Assembly: GCA_964016885.1 (NCBI GenBank)
Contig: OZ024743.1
Location: 152,458,001 to 152,522,000 of the forward strand
Length of the DNA stretch: 64,000 bases
DNA from: Eledone cirrhosa
Lineage: Eukaryota
Direction: 5' to 3'
A program made the position numbers and the translations under genes. The notes under the pieces are model-generated. The model searched no databases, was not told the origin of the DNA, and worked only from the letters and a program-made list of their open reading frames with translations. Shown here piece after piece: positions 24,043-37,499 of this stretch (positions are counted from its first letter, which is position 1; each line of letters begins with the position of its first letter).

Positions 24043-24329
24043 TAGTATAATAAAATAAAACAAGGACGAGTGGTTACTCCTTCATTACATTTTTTGTTTG
24101 GTATTGCGCGTTTCGCCACTGATCAGCTCAAGGTTCGATCTGTATTGATCTAGCCCGACTCTGTAATCCACAGCTCATCTGAAAGGGTCTGATGAGCCGT
24201 GGATTATAGAGTCAGGTTAGATTGATACAGATTGAACCTTGAGCTGATCGGTGGTGAAAAGCGCAACACCAACCAATAAACGTAATGAAGCAGTAACCAC
24301 TCGTCCTTGTGTTATTTTATTATATACTA
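24043..24329. repeat. Palindrome of two back-to-back HHR-bearing termini
   Basis: ~140-bp arms around ctcatctgaaagggtctgatgag; hammerhead motifs at 24100-24184 (-) and 24186-24270 (+), each with core mutations. Confidence 0.85.
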
Positions 24330-25284
24330 GCTGAGGTACCCAGCGTTGCTAAGGTTTAAGTAATACAATTGTTTGTGCAGAAATAACACTTGATGAAGCT
24401 CTCGGTTGAATTAAGTCTTATAGGAAAACACAGTCATTGTCGGGGATGTCCACACCATGGCCAACTGGTTAATGCGACCTGCAGAGACCTTCTATCCGTC
24501 CCATAAGATGTTCCATTTGGTTAAATATACGCATATTAGCAGCAAAAATGACACACCCTTGGTAATTTTTAAATATCCTTATTTCTATTTGATTCGCAAA
24601 AGGTATTGGAAAATATCCCCGCATTACCCAACCAAAGGCCATAAATCCCATTTGTATGGGTAAAACTCAGCCCGTGGAGGGTGAATTCAATTGTTATGCA
24701 TCCCATTGTTGTACAGCCCTCTGTCCCACTGAAGAAAACCATCCACTGCACATAAGTGGTGTATCTATGATGTTTGAAAAAAGAATTTGCTACATTCAAT
24801 ATTTGCAGTGTTTTCGCTTTATTAATGTGCCCTGGGGAAACTTTTAACACCTTATTGATACATAAATAATGCACCTGTACAGTTTAAAGCATATTGGTTG
24901 CTCATATCAGAAGAAACAAACCAAATGAAAAATAGGTTTGTGCAGCTTTTTGCCTTCTGCAAGTTGTCTGTGATCCTTAGCACATAATTTATCTGTGTTT
25001 CAAATTTTGAATGAAATCGGTCGAAAACTTTAAAGGTTATGGCAGAAAATAACATTCATATGAGCATTTGTATGCAAATGTCCTATTGATTTATAAAAAA
25101 TCGATGCAGACTGGAAATTATCGAATTTTTTAAACTTCAAACTAGATAAGAAGTCAAATGGGCATGAGAGCCACATGCGTGTTAAGTTTCATCAAGATCG
25201 GTTTGGTAGTTTTTGAGTTTTAGGTTCACAAACAAATCCACAAACAAACACACAGACAAAAATTGCCATTTATATATATATAGA
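24327..25284 (-). mobile_element. Non-autonomous Helitron
   Basis: Minus 5' TCTATATATATATAAATGGC; 3' ccttagcaacgctgggtacctcagCTAG|T. Confidence 0.7.
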
Positions 25285-25449
25285 AATATTAAAACAATGA
25301 AATTAAACACAAAACTGTTAATTCATAGTAAAACACATTCTTTTACGATCGTTTCTGGGGGGTAGTTCTCTGTATGTTCATTCAAATTATTGATCTCTGT
25401 AAAACATATTACAAAATATCATAGTGAGAAAAAATCACATACGTCTTCA

Positions 25450-25632
25450 GAAATAATTGTTTCTACTTTAGGCACAAGGCCAGCAATTACGCAGTGCATT
25501 ACTGGTACTTTATTTTATCGACCCCGTAAGGATGAAAGGCAAAGTCAACCTCGGCGATATTTGAACTCAGATCGTAAAGGGACGTAACTATGCTGGAAAG
25601 CATGGCGTCCGACCCTCTACCGATACTGCCAA
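25450..25632 (-). repeat. tRNA-derived Nin/Deu-domain SINE
   Basis: Minus ggcagtatcggtagag..gagttcaaat (A/B boxes), then gcctttcatcctt..ggggtcgataaaataaagtaccag; near-identical copy at 60021-60200. Confidence 0.8.
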
Positions 25633-26036
25633 GAAATAATGAGTTTTGTTTATTGAAGAATACAAATAAACATACATATGAATAAGTAAGGTTTTATAAC
25701 CAGGTTGAAATTGACCATTGTTAAGAATGGAAAGGGGCAGTATAAATTCTTAAGGTTGGTGGTAGTAGATGAATAAATAGGCCATCAGTTGATAAGGTAT
25801 CAAATGTCTTTTAAGAAAAGAAATGAAAGTTGTTAGTGTAAATGAGTTTAGGCATATTGTATATAAAAGTATTGATGGTCAAAGAAGATTACGGTTGGAG
25901 GAGAAGGGGTACTGAGATTAGTGTCTTACATTAAGTAGAATGGAATAGAACAATCTTAAAAAGTTAGTTATTTCTTTGTTGTGAGGAATAATTTGTTCTA
26001 AAAATATATAATTAAAAAAAATATATATATATATAT

Positions 26037-27055
26037 CCATATATTGAACCAATTGATTGATTTGTGCGACCAAAATAACACCAAACACATATTGAACTAG
26101 GAATATTGGATCCTCGGTCAATGTCCGGGTAAGCAAAAATTGATTTCTATCTGCATTGGAATTTACAAACTTGTGCATCTGCTGTGGTGTCAAAAACAAA
26201 CGCACATGACCGCACAGATAAACAATGGACCATGCCACGTGGCTTGAACCCGTAAGTGAATTGAAGGTTCTGCAACTCTGATACACATATTGTTTATTAT
26301 TTATTATTAAGATGTATAAACCGGACACAACTGTTATCATCTTATATTCTCTCAACGAATCACACTTGATTATATTTCTCTATCCTGTTTTCTCCCCCCA
26401 TAGTTATTATATTTTTATTATTTTTATTATTGTTTGAAAAAAATCGGTTTTTTTACATTGTGTTTTCCCCTCCAAATATTCGCTTATATTTCCTTATATA
26501 TTCTCTATATATATTTTTTATCTTTATTATTATTTCCACTTTTATCCTCCTTTATATTTTACCTTATTCTTACCTTTATACCTTATTATAGTGTAATCTT
26601 CCCCATGCCTTATTATACACTATTAATTATAGATTATTATTATTACTCCTTTTCCATTTCTAATTACCTCATGTACCTTCTCCTCCGCTATATGTGTATA
26701 TGTATTCTACGCCCTTTGTGTTTGTGTAGCCTCTGCGCACCCTCTGCACCATACTATCGACGCCACCCCATCTATGGTTCAGCTAACCACCCGACCCCCG
26801 GGAATGAATATGACCGCAGCTAGTAAACAAAGACCAACACCCCACCCTCCCGCACCAAAATTAGACTTATCGTCCCCTACTTTTGCTCTTTACTCTCTTT
26901 ACTCTTTGTTCTTGGGTGTTTGGTTGGTAGAGTCCATAACACCAATCAAACCCCTTTTATAGCTCTGATGAATCCTACGGTTACACGTAAGGAAGAAACA
27001 TTGTTAGCCAATAAAAATCTTTTGATGTTGTAGACGCTCTTGTGTTCTTTTTCAT
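26037..27055 (+). mobile_element. Second copy of the 13011-14035 HHR-bearing element
   Basis: High identity to copy 1; bounded by (TA)n; hammerhead at 26962-27008: GCT-CTGATGA...GAAAC att GTT-AGC. Confidence 0.85.
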
Positions 27056-27261
27056 ATATATATATATCTTTAGGTTTGTTGGTTCACCACTGGATAGGAC
27101 TGGTCATTCCGTATGGTCAATCCTGGTGTAATATTGTGAAGAGTACTCAACGCAGTGCAGCTCACCCATCTTCGTTTGTGTACTTGGAGGTGCGAATACG
27201 GAGTTAATTATAAATGAAATAACAGGAGGCTGGACTGGTGTAAATCCTTGAAAGGTTTATT

Positions 27262-27319
27262 ATACGATGATCATTTCAATGACCGGGTTCCATATGAATC
27301 AGGTGATATCATCAGGTAT
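27262..27319 (-). ncRNA. Hammerhead ribozyme (type I, palindromic stem III)
   Basis: Minus ATAC-CTGATGA-tatcacctg..ccggtcatt-GAAATGATCATC-GTAT, then AATAAA. Confidence 0.7.
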
Positions 27320-29132
27320 AGGAATATAATAAAGGAAAATGTAAAAAGCCATGGGTCCGAAAAATCAGAGACAGAGGGGACGGCCGACCGACTAGCTTCT
27401 CAGCCAGCCGCCCTCAAAGTGTTGGCAACCTAAAAAACTACCAATGAATATCTGGTGAGGGGGCGAAGGCTTACAATGCGCTACCACCACTCCGTCAAAG
27501 AAGAAGGGGGAAGAAAGAAAGGGAGAAAGTGTTAGAAAATGCCGCGAAAAAATGCTATCCAAAGAATCTATAATGTGTGTCTGTATGGTCTAATGTGTGA
27601 ACCGAAGATTGGAACGGTAAATTTATGTTGCGAGTTATAGGATGAAATTAAATTAAATTAAAAATATTAAATTGCAAAATGGTAAATTGAAAAATAGAGG
27701 TAGCGAGATTTATTTATTTAATGAAATTGGGCTACTCAGCCGTTAATATGCATAAGGTAAGTATATACGTTCTACAATCTGGCAGGAAGGTATACGTTGC
27801 TGACGATAGCTAATAAGCTTGAAACTAGTACAGCGTTCCTTTGTCAGTGTTGAACAAACGAGCAACGATGGTTGCTAGACACTACGGCTTGATACGGGAT
27901 GTTTGTTTACAAACACACCGAGCATTATAATAAATGTTCGGTGAATCCATACGTACATATATATGTGTGCATGTATGTATATATATATATACATACTACT
28001 GTACGTCTGTATACATATATGTATGTACGTGTACATACTTATATTTAAGTAACAGCCGTACTAAGAGTGGGAAATGAAATTTCGTTTCATTTTTTCCGTT
28101 TACGGAGAGAGTTTTATATGAAAAAACATTTTTAGATATTAGGATGGGATATAGAGTAAAGATTTCGATTGGGAGTCCCAGCCAGCACACCCACCACCAT
28201 GAGTCAGCCAGTCTCGAGTGGTATCATCCAGCGAAAGAAATGGAAATTAATTTTTCCGAGTACTCTAGGAACGTAGCTAACTTTGGAACTCCACAATTTC
28301 GACAGGCCATCGTCTATACCACGAATACTATTAAATCACACATTAGGGGTTTATTTACGTGTCAGTGGAGGCATGACACAGCTAATAGTCATGCCCAAAC
28401 CTAGAGTTTGTACAAGTATAATGTCGCGGCCAAAACAGGCAGCGCGGTGGGTCGGGGCAAAGCATCCGCTCCGAGTAATTTCATTTTGGCCGCCACATTA
28501 TACTTGTACAAACTCCAGGCTTGGGCATGACTATTAGCTGTGTCATGCCTCCACTGACACGTAAATAAACCCCTAATGTGTGATTTAATAGCATTCGCGG
28601 TATAGACGATGGCCTGTCGAAATTGTGGAGTTCCCGCTAGCGATCCCGGGGCCAAAGTTAGCTACGTTCCTAGAGTACTCGGAAAAATTAATTTCCATTT
28701 CTTTCGCTGGACGATACCACTCGAGACTGGCTGACTCATGGTGGTGGGTGTGCTGGCTGGATCTCCCAATCGAAATCTTTACTCTATATCCCATCCTAAT
28801 ATCTAAAGATGTTTTTTCATATAAGACTCTCTCCGTAATTTCATTAAATAAAGAAATCTCGCTACCTCTATTTTTCAATTTACCATTTTGCAATTTAATA
28901 TTTTTAATTTAATTTAATTTCATCCTATAACTCGCAACATAAATTTAACGTTCCAATCTTCGGTTCACACATTAGACCATACAGACACACATTATAGATT
29001 CTATTCATTGGTAGTTTTATCGGTTGCCAACACTTTGAGGGCGGCTGGCTGAGAAGCTAGTCGGTCGGCCGTCCCCTCTGTCTCTGATTTTTCGGACCCA
29101 TGGCTTTTTTCATTTTCCTTTGTTATATTCCA

Positions 29133-29190
29133 ATACCTGATGATATCACCGGATTCATATGGAACCCGGTCATTGAAATGATCATAGTAT
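29133..29190 (+). ncRNA. Hammerhead ribozyme (type I, palindromic stem III)
   Basis: ATAC-CTGATGA-t-ATCACCGG..CCGGTCAT-t-GAAATGATCATA-GTAT-AATAAA. Confidence 0.75.
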
Positions 29191-29255
29191 AATAAACCTT
29201 TCAAGGATTTACACCAGTCCAGCCTCCTGTTATTTCATTTATATATATCTATATA

Positions 29256-29322
<67 letters not shown>

Positions 29323-29494
29323 GTATAGTTACACATGTTTATATATAGGCATACATTTATGCATATACATAGATATACACACACATATATACATATTCAC
29401 ACACACACCTATACTCACACATTTATTCACCTACATCTTTTCCTATATTTGTTTAGTTGTATTTATAATATTTGAATGTCCTTCTAATTTTATG

Positions 29495-31170
29495 GTTACA
29501 TACTAAAATTAATTCTTGTCTTTTATTTAATAGAGTCCTTCGATTTAGTAATTTCAAAGATTTCTTGAGAACATAGTCCGCACTCCCTTCTATTGCCCTG
29601 ATAAGAAATAGTTCTCTGAAGAATCTTCCAAGTTAGGTTATATTTAATATTCTTCTTTTTACAATTATTAACTACTTCTGCTAAAGAAGTGGTTTTTGCT
29701 AAATTTGTGTTTCGGAAACTGTGGGTGTGTGCATAAAATCTCGATTTAAATGGATTAGAAGTGGATCCTATATAGGATTGATTAGAGTCTTTAGTGGTGA
29801 TTACACATTTATATACTATATTATTAATTAAGCAATTTCCATTTAAGGAGCAATTTTCTTTTATTCTACAATTACAACCGTTTGCATATAGGGTTTCAGA
29901 TCCATATTCTCAATAATAGTGCTAGTATTTGTGTTTACCTTTTTATTTGGGAGAGAAGGGTTTACGGTAGGGTGGTTATAATCCGAATTGTTGCTAGTAG
30001 GTGAAATTATACTTGATATAACGTTTATGGAATCATGGTTGTTTTGGACGCTATTAGTTAGATTGGGTATGTAAATCTTAGTCCCTATTAAGGATGAGGA
30101 AGATGGTAGTTGGTTGTAGTCTGCTATATTGTGCTGGTGAGGTGAGTGAGCGGATCTATCAGGTGGGTGTGCAGTAATATTCCGGTTATGCGTTGTAGTA
30201 TTACCATAGTTATCTTGTGTGCGGTGTGCTATTGTGTGTGGTATAGATGGAGCTTTTTTACATTTATGGATGTTATATGCACTTATTTTTTGTTGTATAT
30301 TGCTCGATGTGGAGTAAGAAAATTTTACTGTATTTCTGTTTAATATTTGATGGTATTTGTGGTTAGGTGGGAAATGCTTATCGAGTTTGCAAGTTGAATT
30401 GAGCGTTATACCATGTTACATTTCTGTTATGGTTTCTAAAAGGTTTCCTCTTGTTATATTGGGTATATATAGAAGTTTGAGGGTAGATATTGTTATCAGA
30501 TGAAATTATAATATTGTGATTGTTATTATGGGTGTGAACTAATTGTTTAGTAGAGTTTTTAATTCTATTAGTTTTTGATTTATTGCTTTTTGTTTGATTT
30601 GCAGAGGATATTGTGAGTTTTGTTAATGGAGCATTATTGACAGGACTTGGAATTTCGGTATCATTCTTGTTATCTACGGTAGTTCGGATATGTTTCTCTA
30701 GTTTTTTTAGATTGCAAGGGTGTAGTTTGGTTATGTTGAAGGTTCGATGAGATAGGTGATATATCATTAGATTTATTGTGAGAATTAAGATATAAGGTGT
30801 TATTATTAACTGCTTTTTTAAGAGTAGTGGAGTTAGGTGTTTTCGTATGGTTTGTAGTAATATTATTAGGTAAGTTATAGAAATATTCGGAATCTTTAGG
30901 ATTGAGGATTTTTAGAGAATTTGTGTCATTCGTGTTAATGTGGATATTGGGAGTAATGGTAGGATCTAGGTGTTTCGTGTTTCATTGCTGGCACTAACTT
31001 TTTGGTGTTTTCTATGGTGTTTGTTGCTTATTGTTGGCTGTATGCTAGGGGTATTCATGGTGTTAGGTATGTAAAATATGTTATCTTTATAGCCACTTCT
31101 AATTAAAGCCTGATTATAGTAAGGTACATTTTTATAGAATATTTCTTCACTAGATGATAATTTAGATAGT
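29495..31170 (-). mobile_element. Penelope-like (Naiad-type) 3' fragment, degenerate
   Basis: ALIRSGYKDN, RNVTWYNAQFN, CNCRIKENCSLNGNCLINNIVYKC..YIGSTSNPFKSRFYAH, ECGLC. Confidence 0.8.
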
Positions 31171-31189
31171 CTGAGTGAGATATTGTAGA

Positions 31190-33808
31190 CTAGATTTCTG
31201 CACCGAGAACGGCCTAACCATCACCAGCAGACTGTTCCGCCAGGCAGACAAGTTCAAGATGACATGGATGCACCCCAGATCCAAACAGTGGCATCTGATT
31301 GACTTTGCCATATGCCGCCGGATGGACACCCGTGACGTCAGAGTCTCCAGGGCCATGCGTGGTGCAGAGTGTTGGAGCGACCATTGCCTTGTCAGGACCA
31401 TCCTGTCACTGCACATCACCCCGACGCATCGCAAGATTCCGAAAGTCTGTAGGCCAGCTTTCGACGTCGCACAACTCAAGCAGCCAGAGCATCGTGATGC
31501 ATTCGCGGAAGACCTGGACGGTCGGCTGACTGCCCATGAACCACTGACCGAACCCCCAACTCAACAGTGGGACTAGTTCAGGTCGCTGGTGACAGAGTCA
31601 GCCAAGGCAACCATCGGGCCGAGGAAGAAAGTCCACCAGGACTGGTTTGATGAAAACGATGAGCGCATCAGACAACTCCTGGACGGCTTTCATTGAGTGG
31701 CAGAATGACAGCTCCTCCACCTCGAAGCACGACCGCTTCAAGCACCTCCAGAGGCAGACCCAAGCAGCGCTATGCAGAATGCAGGACAACTGGTGGGAAA
31801 AGACGGCCGAAGAAGTCGAGAGATACGCTGACACAAAGAATTCCAAGATGTTCTTCAGCGCCATCGAAGACGTCTACGGACACCCCAAGCCTGTCACCAC
31901 ACCACTGCTGTCTGCTGACGGCTCGATCCTGCTGAAGGAGAAGAGCAGCATCAACTCGAGGTGGAAAGAGTACTTCAGCAACCTGCTCAACAGGCCCTCC
32001 ACTGTCGACCCTGCCGCCCTCGACCAGGTCCCACAGAAGCCCGAAGTCACGAAGGCAATCAACCAGACCAGCTCAGGAAAGGCACCTGGGAAGGACGGGA
32101 TTCCTGCCGAGATCTTCAAGTCGGCCGGTCCAGCTGCCCTGGGGGTCTTCCACACCCTCATCGTCAGCATATGGGAGGAAGGAGAGGTGCCCAAAGACTT
32201 CAGCGATGTCACAGTTGTCTCGCTTTTTAAGAACAAAGGCAGCAAAACTGAGTGAGGCAACTATTGGGGCATTTCTCTCCTGTCCATCGCTGGGAAGGTC
32301 CTGGCACGGGTCATGCTTAACCGCCTCATTGCCAACATCTCGAAGGACAACCTGTCTATGGCCCAGTGTGGGTTTCCCCAAAACCGCAGCACGATCGACC
32401 CGATTTTCTCTGTACGCCAGGTGCAGGAGAAGTGTGTCGAGCAGAACATGGACCTCTTTGCCGTCTTCATAGACTTGGCGATACTGTCAACAGGGAAGCC
32501 CTCTGGTCGATCCTGTCGAAGTTTCGATGCCCGACAAATTTTGTGAACCTGATACGGCAATTCCATGACGACATGACCGGGTAGGTGCGCTTGGGCGGAG
32601 GGGCATCGGAGCCGTTCGGAATCACCAACAGCGTCAAGCAAGGATGCGTGCTGGCTCCCGTCCTCTTCAACCTGTTCTTCACCTGCCTGCTCAATCATGC
32701 CGTCAGGGACCTCGAGCATGGAGTGTATCTGCAATACAGACTGGACGGCTCCCTGTTTGACCTGCGGCGCCTGATGGCCAAGACAAGGACCGTGCACAGG
32801 ATCGTCCTGGAGGCACTTTTTGCTGACGACTGTGCCCTCAGGGAGTCTGACCCCCAACTCATCGTCAACAAATTCTCGGAGGCCTCCTGCCTCTTCGGTC
32901 TCACAATTAGCCTTGGCAAGACTGAGGTCTTGTTCCAGCCTGCACCTGCCTCCATCGCCCACCCTCCTTCCATCTCCATCAGAGGCACCCAGCTAAAGAC
33001 AGTGGACGACTTCAAGTACCTCGGCAGTGTCATCAGCAGCGATGGAAGCCTCGACGAGGAGATAAACGCCAGAATCTGCAAGGCCAGTCAAGCCCTCGGC
33101 CGCCTGAGGACACATGTACTGAACCAGCACAGCATCAGGCAGTCCACCAAGCTCAAGGTGTACAGGGCTGTTGTTCTCACCAGCCTCCTCTACGGATGTG
33201 AGACATGGACCCTGTACAGAAGGCACCTGAAGCAGCTGGAACGGTTCCACATGCGCAGCCTGCGGTCAATCATGAACATCAAATGGCAGGACATGGTCTC
33301 CAACATCGAAGTTCTTGACATGGCTGAGACAACCAGTGTCGAAGCTATGATACTGAAGAGCCAACTTCAATGGGTAGGACATGTCATCCGGATGGACGAT
33401 CACAGGCTTCCGAAGCAACTGATGTATGGGGAACTCTGTTCGGGGAAACGAAAGCGGGGCAGGCCTCTCAAGAGGTTCAAAGACTTCGTGAAGTCCAGTA
33501 TCAACAACACTGGAATTGCGCCAAAACAACTCGAGTCTCATGCTCAGGACAGGACTGAGTGGCGAGCCCTTACCAGACACGCCAAAGTCTCTTTTGAAGA
33601 GAAGAGACGGGAAGAGGTCACTGAGGCCTGTGAAAGGAGGAGAAAGGCATCAACAGCTGCCCCAAGCGACTCCGGTCTCTTCCCCTGCCCCCACTGTCAC
33701 CGGACCTGCAAGTCAAGGATCGGCTTCCACAGCGACCTTCGTGCCCATGGCAGAGGGGAACTAAAGTAAAGAAGATGTCATCATCGTTTACGATGGACAA
33801 CCAAGATA
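31190..33808 (+). mobile_element. GC-rich RTE/BovB-like LINE, 5'-truncated
   Basis: TWMHPRSKQWHLID, ECWSDH, GKAPGKDGIPAE, VKQGCVLAPVLF, LFADDCAL, LLYGCETW, C-terminal FPCPHCHRTCKSRIGFHSDLRAH finger. Confidence 0.93.
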
Positions 33809-34061
33809 TATATACATATATATATAAAATGGCATAGACTTTACAATACAGCTGTAGAAATCAAGCCAGAATTATTTCCTGTATGGGCAAGACATGTTCA
33901 GCCGACCAGACACTGCCCACAACAGGACAACCCGTTTAACCCATGCTAGCGTGGAAAAACGAACGTAAAACGGTGATGATGATGATGATATATATATATA
34001 TATATATATATATGTCACAGAAAAAAGAGAATCAGTGTTGCGACGAAAGGAATTTATTGGA

Positions 34062-34152
34062 CATATTACAATTGTTTCTCGGGCGACCAGCTCGAGGCAC
34101 GATCGATGTGGTGATCAAACCTGACTCTGAAATCGCGAGGCCCTCGGATACG
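34062..34152 (-). ncRNA. Degenerate hammerhead with long stem II, related to the 42979-43061 family
   Basis: Minus CGTAT-(ccgaggg)...cagagtcagg..gagctggtc..GAAAC AATT GTA-ATATG, then AATAAA; CUGA core damaged. Confidence 0.45.
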
Positions 34153-35149
34153 TCTCGATTCTATGAAGCATATTTTCCTATAGTCCTTTAACATCGAATT
34201 CCTTTGTGTGTTGATTTAGATCTTGTTGTTGTCATTCCATGTGTGGTCAAGAATTGTACACGTCACCGGTATTTCTAGCCACTCATGGTTGCCCACTGTT
34301 TGGTTCTTCTCCTTCTCCACCTGTCAATCAAAATTTCTTCATATATCAGAATAACTACTGTGGTGGGAGAGGGGCTGTAATCTTGAACGGCTGGCATCAC
34401 TTTGATGTCTTCATTGTCCCAAGGCGCCCTCGTCCACAGCGGTCAGGTACACACCCGCAATTATGCTGTATGCGGCACTCATTGTAAATAATGTTTGGAG
34501 GGAATTTTTAAAAAACAAATTATAGGGATATTTAGCATAACATTTCTAGGACACGGCCCTAGAATACCCCCCACCACACATATTTCAAAAAGAAAAAGAA
34601 AAAGATTAAGAACGTTTTTAAGAATGTTTTTAAATGGAAGCTTGCAACAACCTTTCAAACAGAAAGGCTATATCAAAGGTGTTTTCAACAAATACACCCA
34701 AGTTTACACTCACACACTGGACTCAGGGAAGTGCGCATAACCAAGACGCTGCACATATATAGACAGATGAAAAAGAAAAATCCATAGATAGTCATCCATA
34801 CTTCCACGCAGACATGCTCAGACAAATACATCGACCCAGTCATGCGCACACCCGTGCTCATGCATGTCTGTGTGGACACACATACATACATGCCCCGCGT
34901 GCTCTCACACCAGAGGCATATACTTGATAAGTACCCCCTCATCCGTCTTCACATGCGCAGCTGTGCAGATGGTGCACACAGTATTGTATGAGACAATGCT
35001 TTTGTGGCTTTGACCCAACCCGATCACGTGGCGGTATGAGTCCGAAGGTGCCTGCACAATATGCATAAATGTTAAGGCAGCACAATATCGCTGCACTAAT
35101 CACATTTAGCTTGGGTGGCACATATATAAAAAAAGCCTGTACGTACATA

Positions 35150-35279
35150 ACATAAAATAATATAATAATGAAATAAAATAAAATAAAATAAAATAAAATA
35201 AAATAAAATAAAATAAAATAAAATAAAATAAAATAAAATAAAATAAAATAAAATAAAATAAAATAAAATAAAATAAAAT
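35150..35279. repeat. (AAAAT)n microsatellite
   Basis: Direct inspection. Confidence 0.95.
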
Positions 35280-35821
35280 GCTGGAAGAAGTGAATGCATA
35301 CATGACAAGGATGCAGAGGGGGACCAGGCATTATCGGGGTGTGCGTAAAATTGCATACAATACTTGGGGTCTGTGGTGCAAATGTTTATATAATATACAT
35401 GGGGGCTGGTGATCTAAGGCGCATGATGCAGGTCTCGTGGCTTGTGGATAGATGTGGATCGTGCGTGCGTACACAAACAAGTTATATATATTGTGGGTAT
35501 GTGTAACATCCATTTCATAAGAGTATATATGAGATGTGCATGGGGTTGATGTATACATGGAATATAAAGGGTATGTGTTTCATAACAGTGTATATGGAAT
35601 GCACATGGAGCGTATGCATGATTGTAATGTGCCAGCAGCATGCATTGTGTGCGTGTGTATATCAGCGGCATGCAAAGACAAAATTAAAATTTGAAATTAA
35701 AATTAGAATTAAAATTAACATCAACATCACAATTAACTGCGACATTAACCTTAAGACCAGTATGATGTCCATCATCCTTGTAGCAAATTAAACACCACGA
35801 ATCGAATTTTAATTTCAAATT

Positions 35822-37175
35822 TTAATTTTGTCTTTGCATGCCGCTGATTTTTGTTGTGAGCTTTTTTAATTGACTCCAATAGTCAAGGCCTGTCATGCCA
35901 TCTACCTTTTTTGTAATTGACCTTTTTAGGTGCTTCAGCTTCCATGATACTTTGTTTCGTGTGGTTAGACCACAGTGGACAACAGTATTCAAGGTGGGAT
36001 CGAACAAAAGTGGAGAAGAGAAGGGTAACAGTGTGGATATCTCTCGACTGGAAGGTTCTGAGAATACATTCTGCGGGCCATGTCAACTTTGCTCTTTAAA
36101 TGAGTGGTCCCGCTCATGTTGTTGTCCATTATTACTCCCATGTCTCTGCTGAAGAAAGAGAGTATGGGAGTTTCAGGGCATCCTTTTTTCCAAATTGGAT
36201 TAACTCGAACTTATCCTCATTCAGCAGCATATTGTTCTTTTCAGCCCATTAGATTACAGCCAGTAGGTCTGACTGAAGGCAAGTCCAGTCAGCCACCTCA
36301 TTGATGACCCTTTGGAGCTTGGAATCATCTGCAAAGATTCTTATGTTGCTGTGCTTGATGATGTCAGTAATGTCATTAATGTAGATGATGAAAATAAGTG
36401 TTCCCAACACAGTGCCTTGCGGGACGCCACTGTTGATTTTGGCTGGGCTTAATTTTACTCCTACGACTACAACATGTTGGGCTCTGTCTGTCAGGAAACA
36501 CTTGATCCACTGTAGTAACTTTCCAGAGACACCAATATTGGATAGTTTTTTCAATAGAATCTTATGGTCAACGCTGTCAAAGGTCTTGCTGAAATCAAGG
36601 TAGATGACATCACATCAGTGTTGGAGCCCTCTCCCAAAGCTCTCAAAACATCATGAAAGTGAAGCAGGAGCTGCATTAGGCAGTCCCTTCCATGTTGGTT
36701 GAAGTTCAGCAGTCCGTTGCTTTCCAGAAAGTGGGTTATTCTTGATCTCACCACCGTCTCAAATTGATGATATGAGAGGTTTTCCTTTTTGAAAACTGGG
36801 ACAATGGACTGGGACAGAAAGTTTTCAGGAATATAGCCAGTACCCAGTGAGTTCCTCTACATATTAGCAAGAGGAGATGCACCTTCAGGACACAAGCAGG
36901 GAACCTATCGGTGCCTACTGCTGGATTGTGTTTAAAATCGTTTATTGCCACTAAGACATCAGGGGCGCCAAATGTTATGTCCGATATAGTGTGTTGGGGA
37001 TTAACATCACTGATACAGCCCAGATCAGCCATATTAGGATTGCTGAAAACAGTATCTTGCCCATGGTTTTGGCATTATCTTGGAGTGTATAATTTTCATC
37101 AATTAGAGGGCCAACAGTGGAGACAGTGACCTTGTGTTTTTTAACAAACGAAAAGAACACTTTTGAAAAGAACAC
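35822..37175 (-). mobile_element. CR1/L2-group LINE RT fragment
   Basis: NFNQHG, DFSKTFD, SGVPQGTVLG, IFADDSKL, VRSHLEYCCPLWS. Confidence 0.85.
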
Positions 37176-37194
37176 AGGAATTGTCCCATTTGAA

Positions 37195-37475
37195 GCAAGA
37201 TTGGTCAGGTGACCGTGTCTCGCTCGTATAGGACTATCGAGCAGGTTTTCTGGGAGCTTTTAACCGTGTTGCCTACACGACCACATTACAGCATGGACTG
37301 TATGTTTTTTTTTGTTGCGACACCTACATGACCTCATTAGTTTGGACTGGATGTTGTGGTACCAACATAACTTTACAGAGAAAGGGTCGTGTTAGTGAGA
37401 GTGGGAGGATGGATTAGGGGTAGTGGATTAGGGTGTATATTTGGTTATGAGGTGCCTACTGATTGTAGGTTTCAC
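37195..37475 (-). repeat. RTE-associated short element
   Basis: Homologous to 52160-52555 and 23395-23690. Confidence 0.7.
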
Positions 37476-37499
37476 TTTGTATATAGGCAAGGCGGGTCT

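Larger units (their letters stand above)
27209..29242. mobile_element. ~2-kb fold-back element with outward-facing hammerheads at both ends
   Basis: Left arm 27209-28435 (extra segments at ~27450-27565 and ~27730-28100) is the reverse complement of right arm 28487-29242; ~50-nt spacer; ends in (TA)n. Confidence 0.88.

Noticed and set aside
32261-32962. Long antisense ORFs over the GC-rich RTE and the Gypsy pol
   Set aside because: These are shadow ORFs caused by high GC and codon structure on the coding strand.
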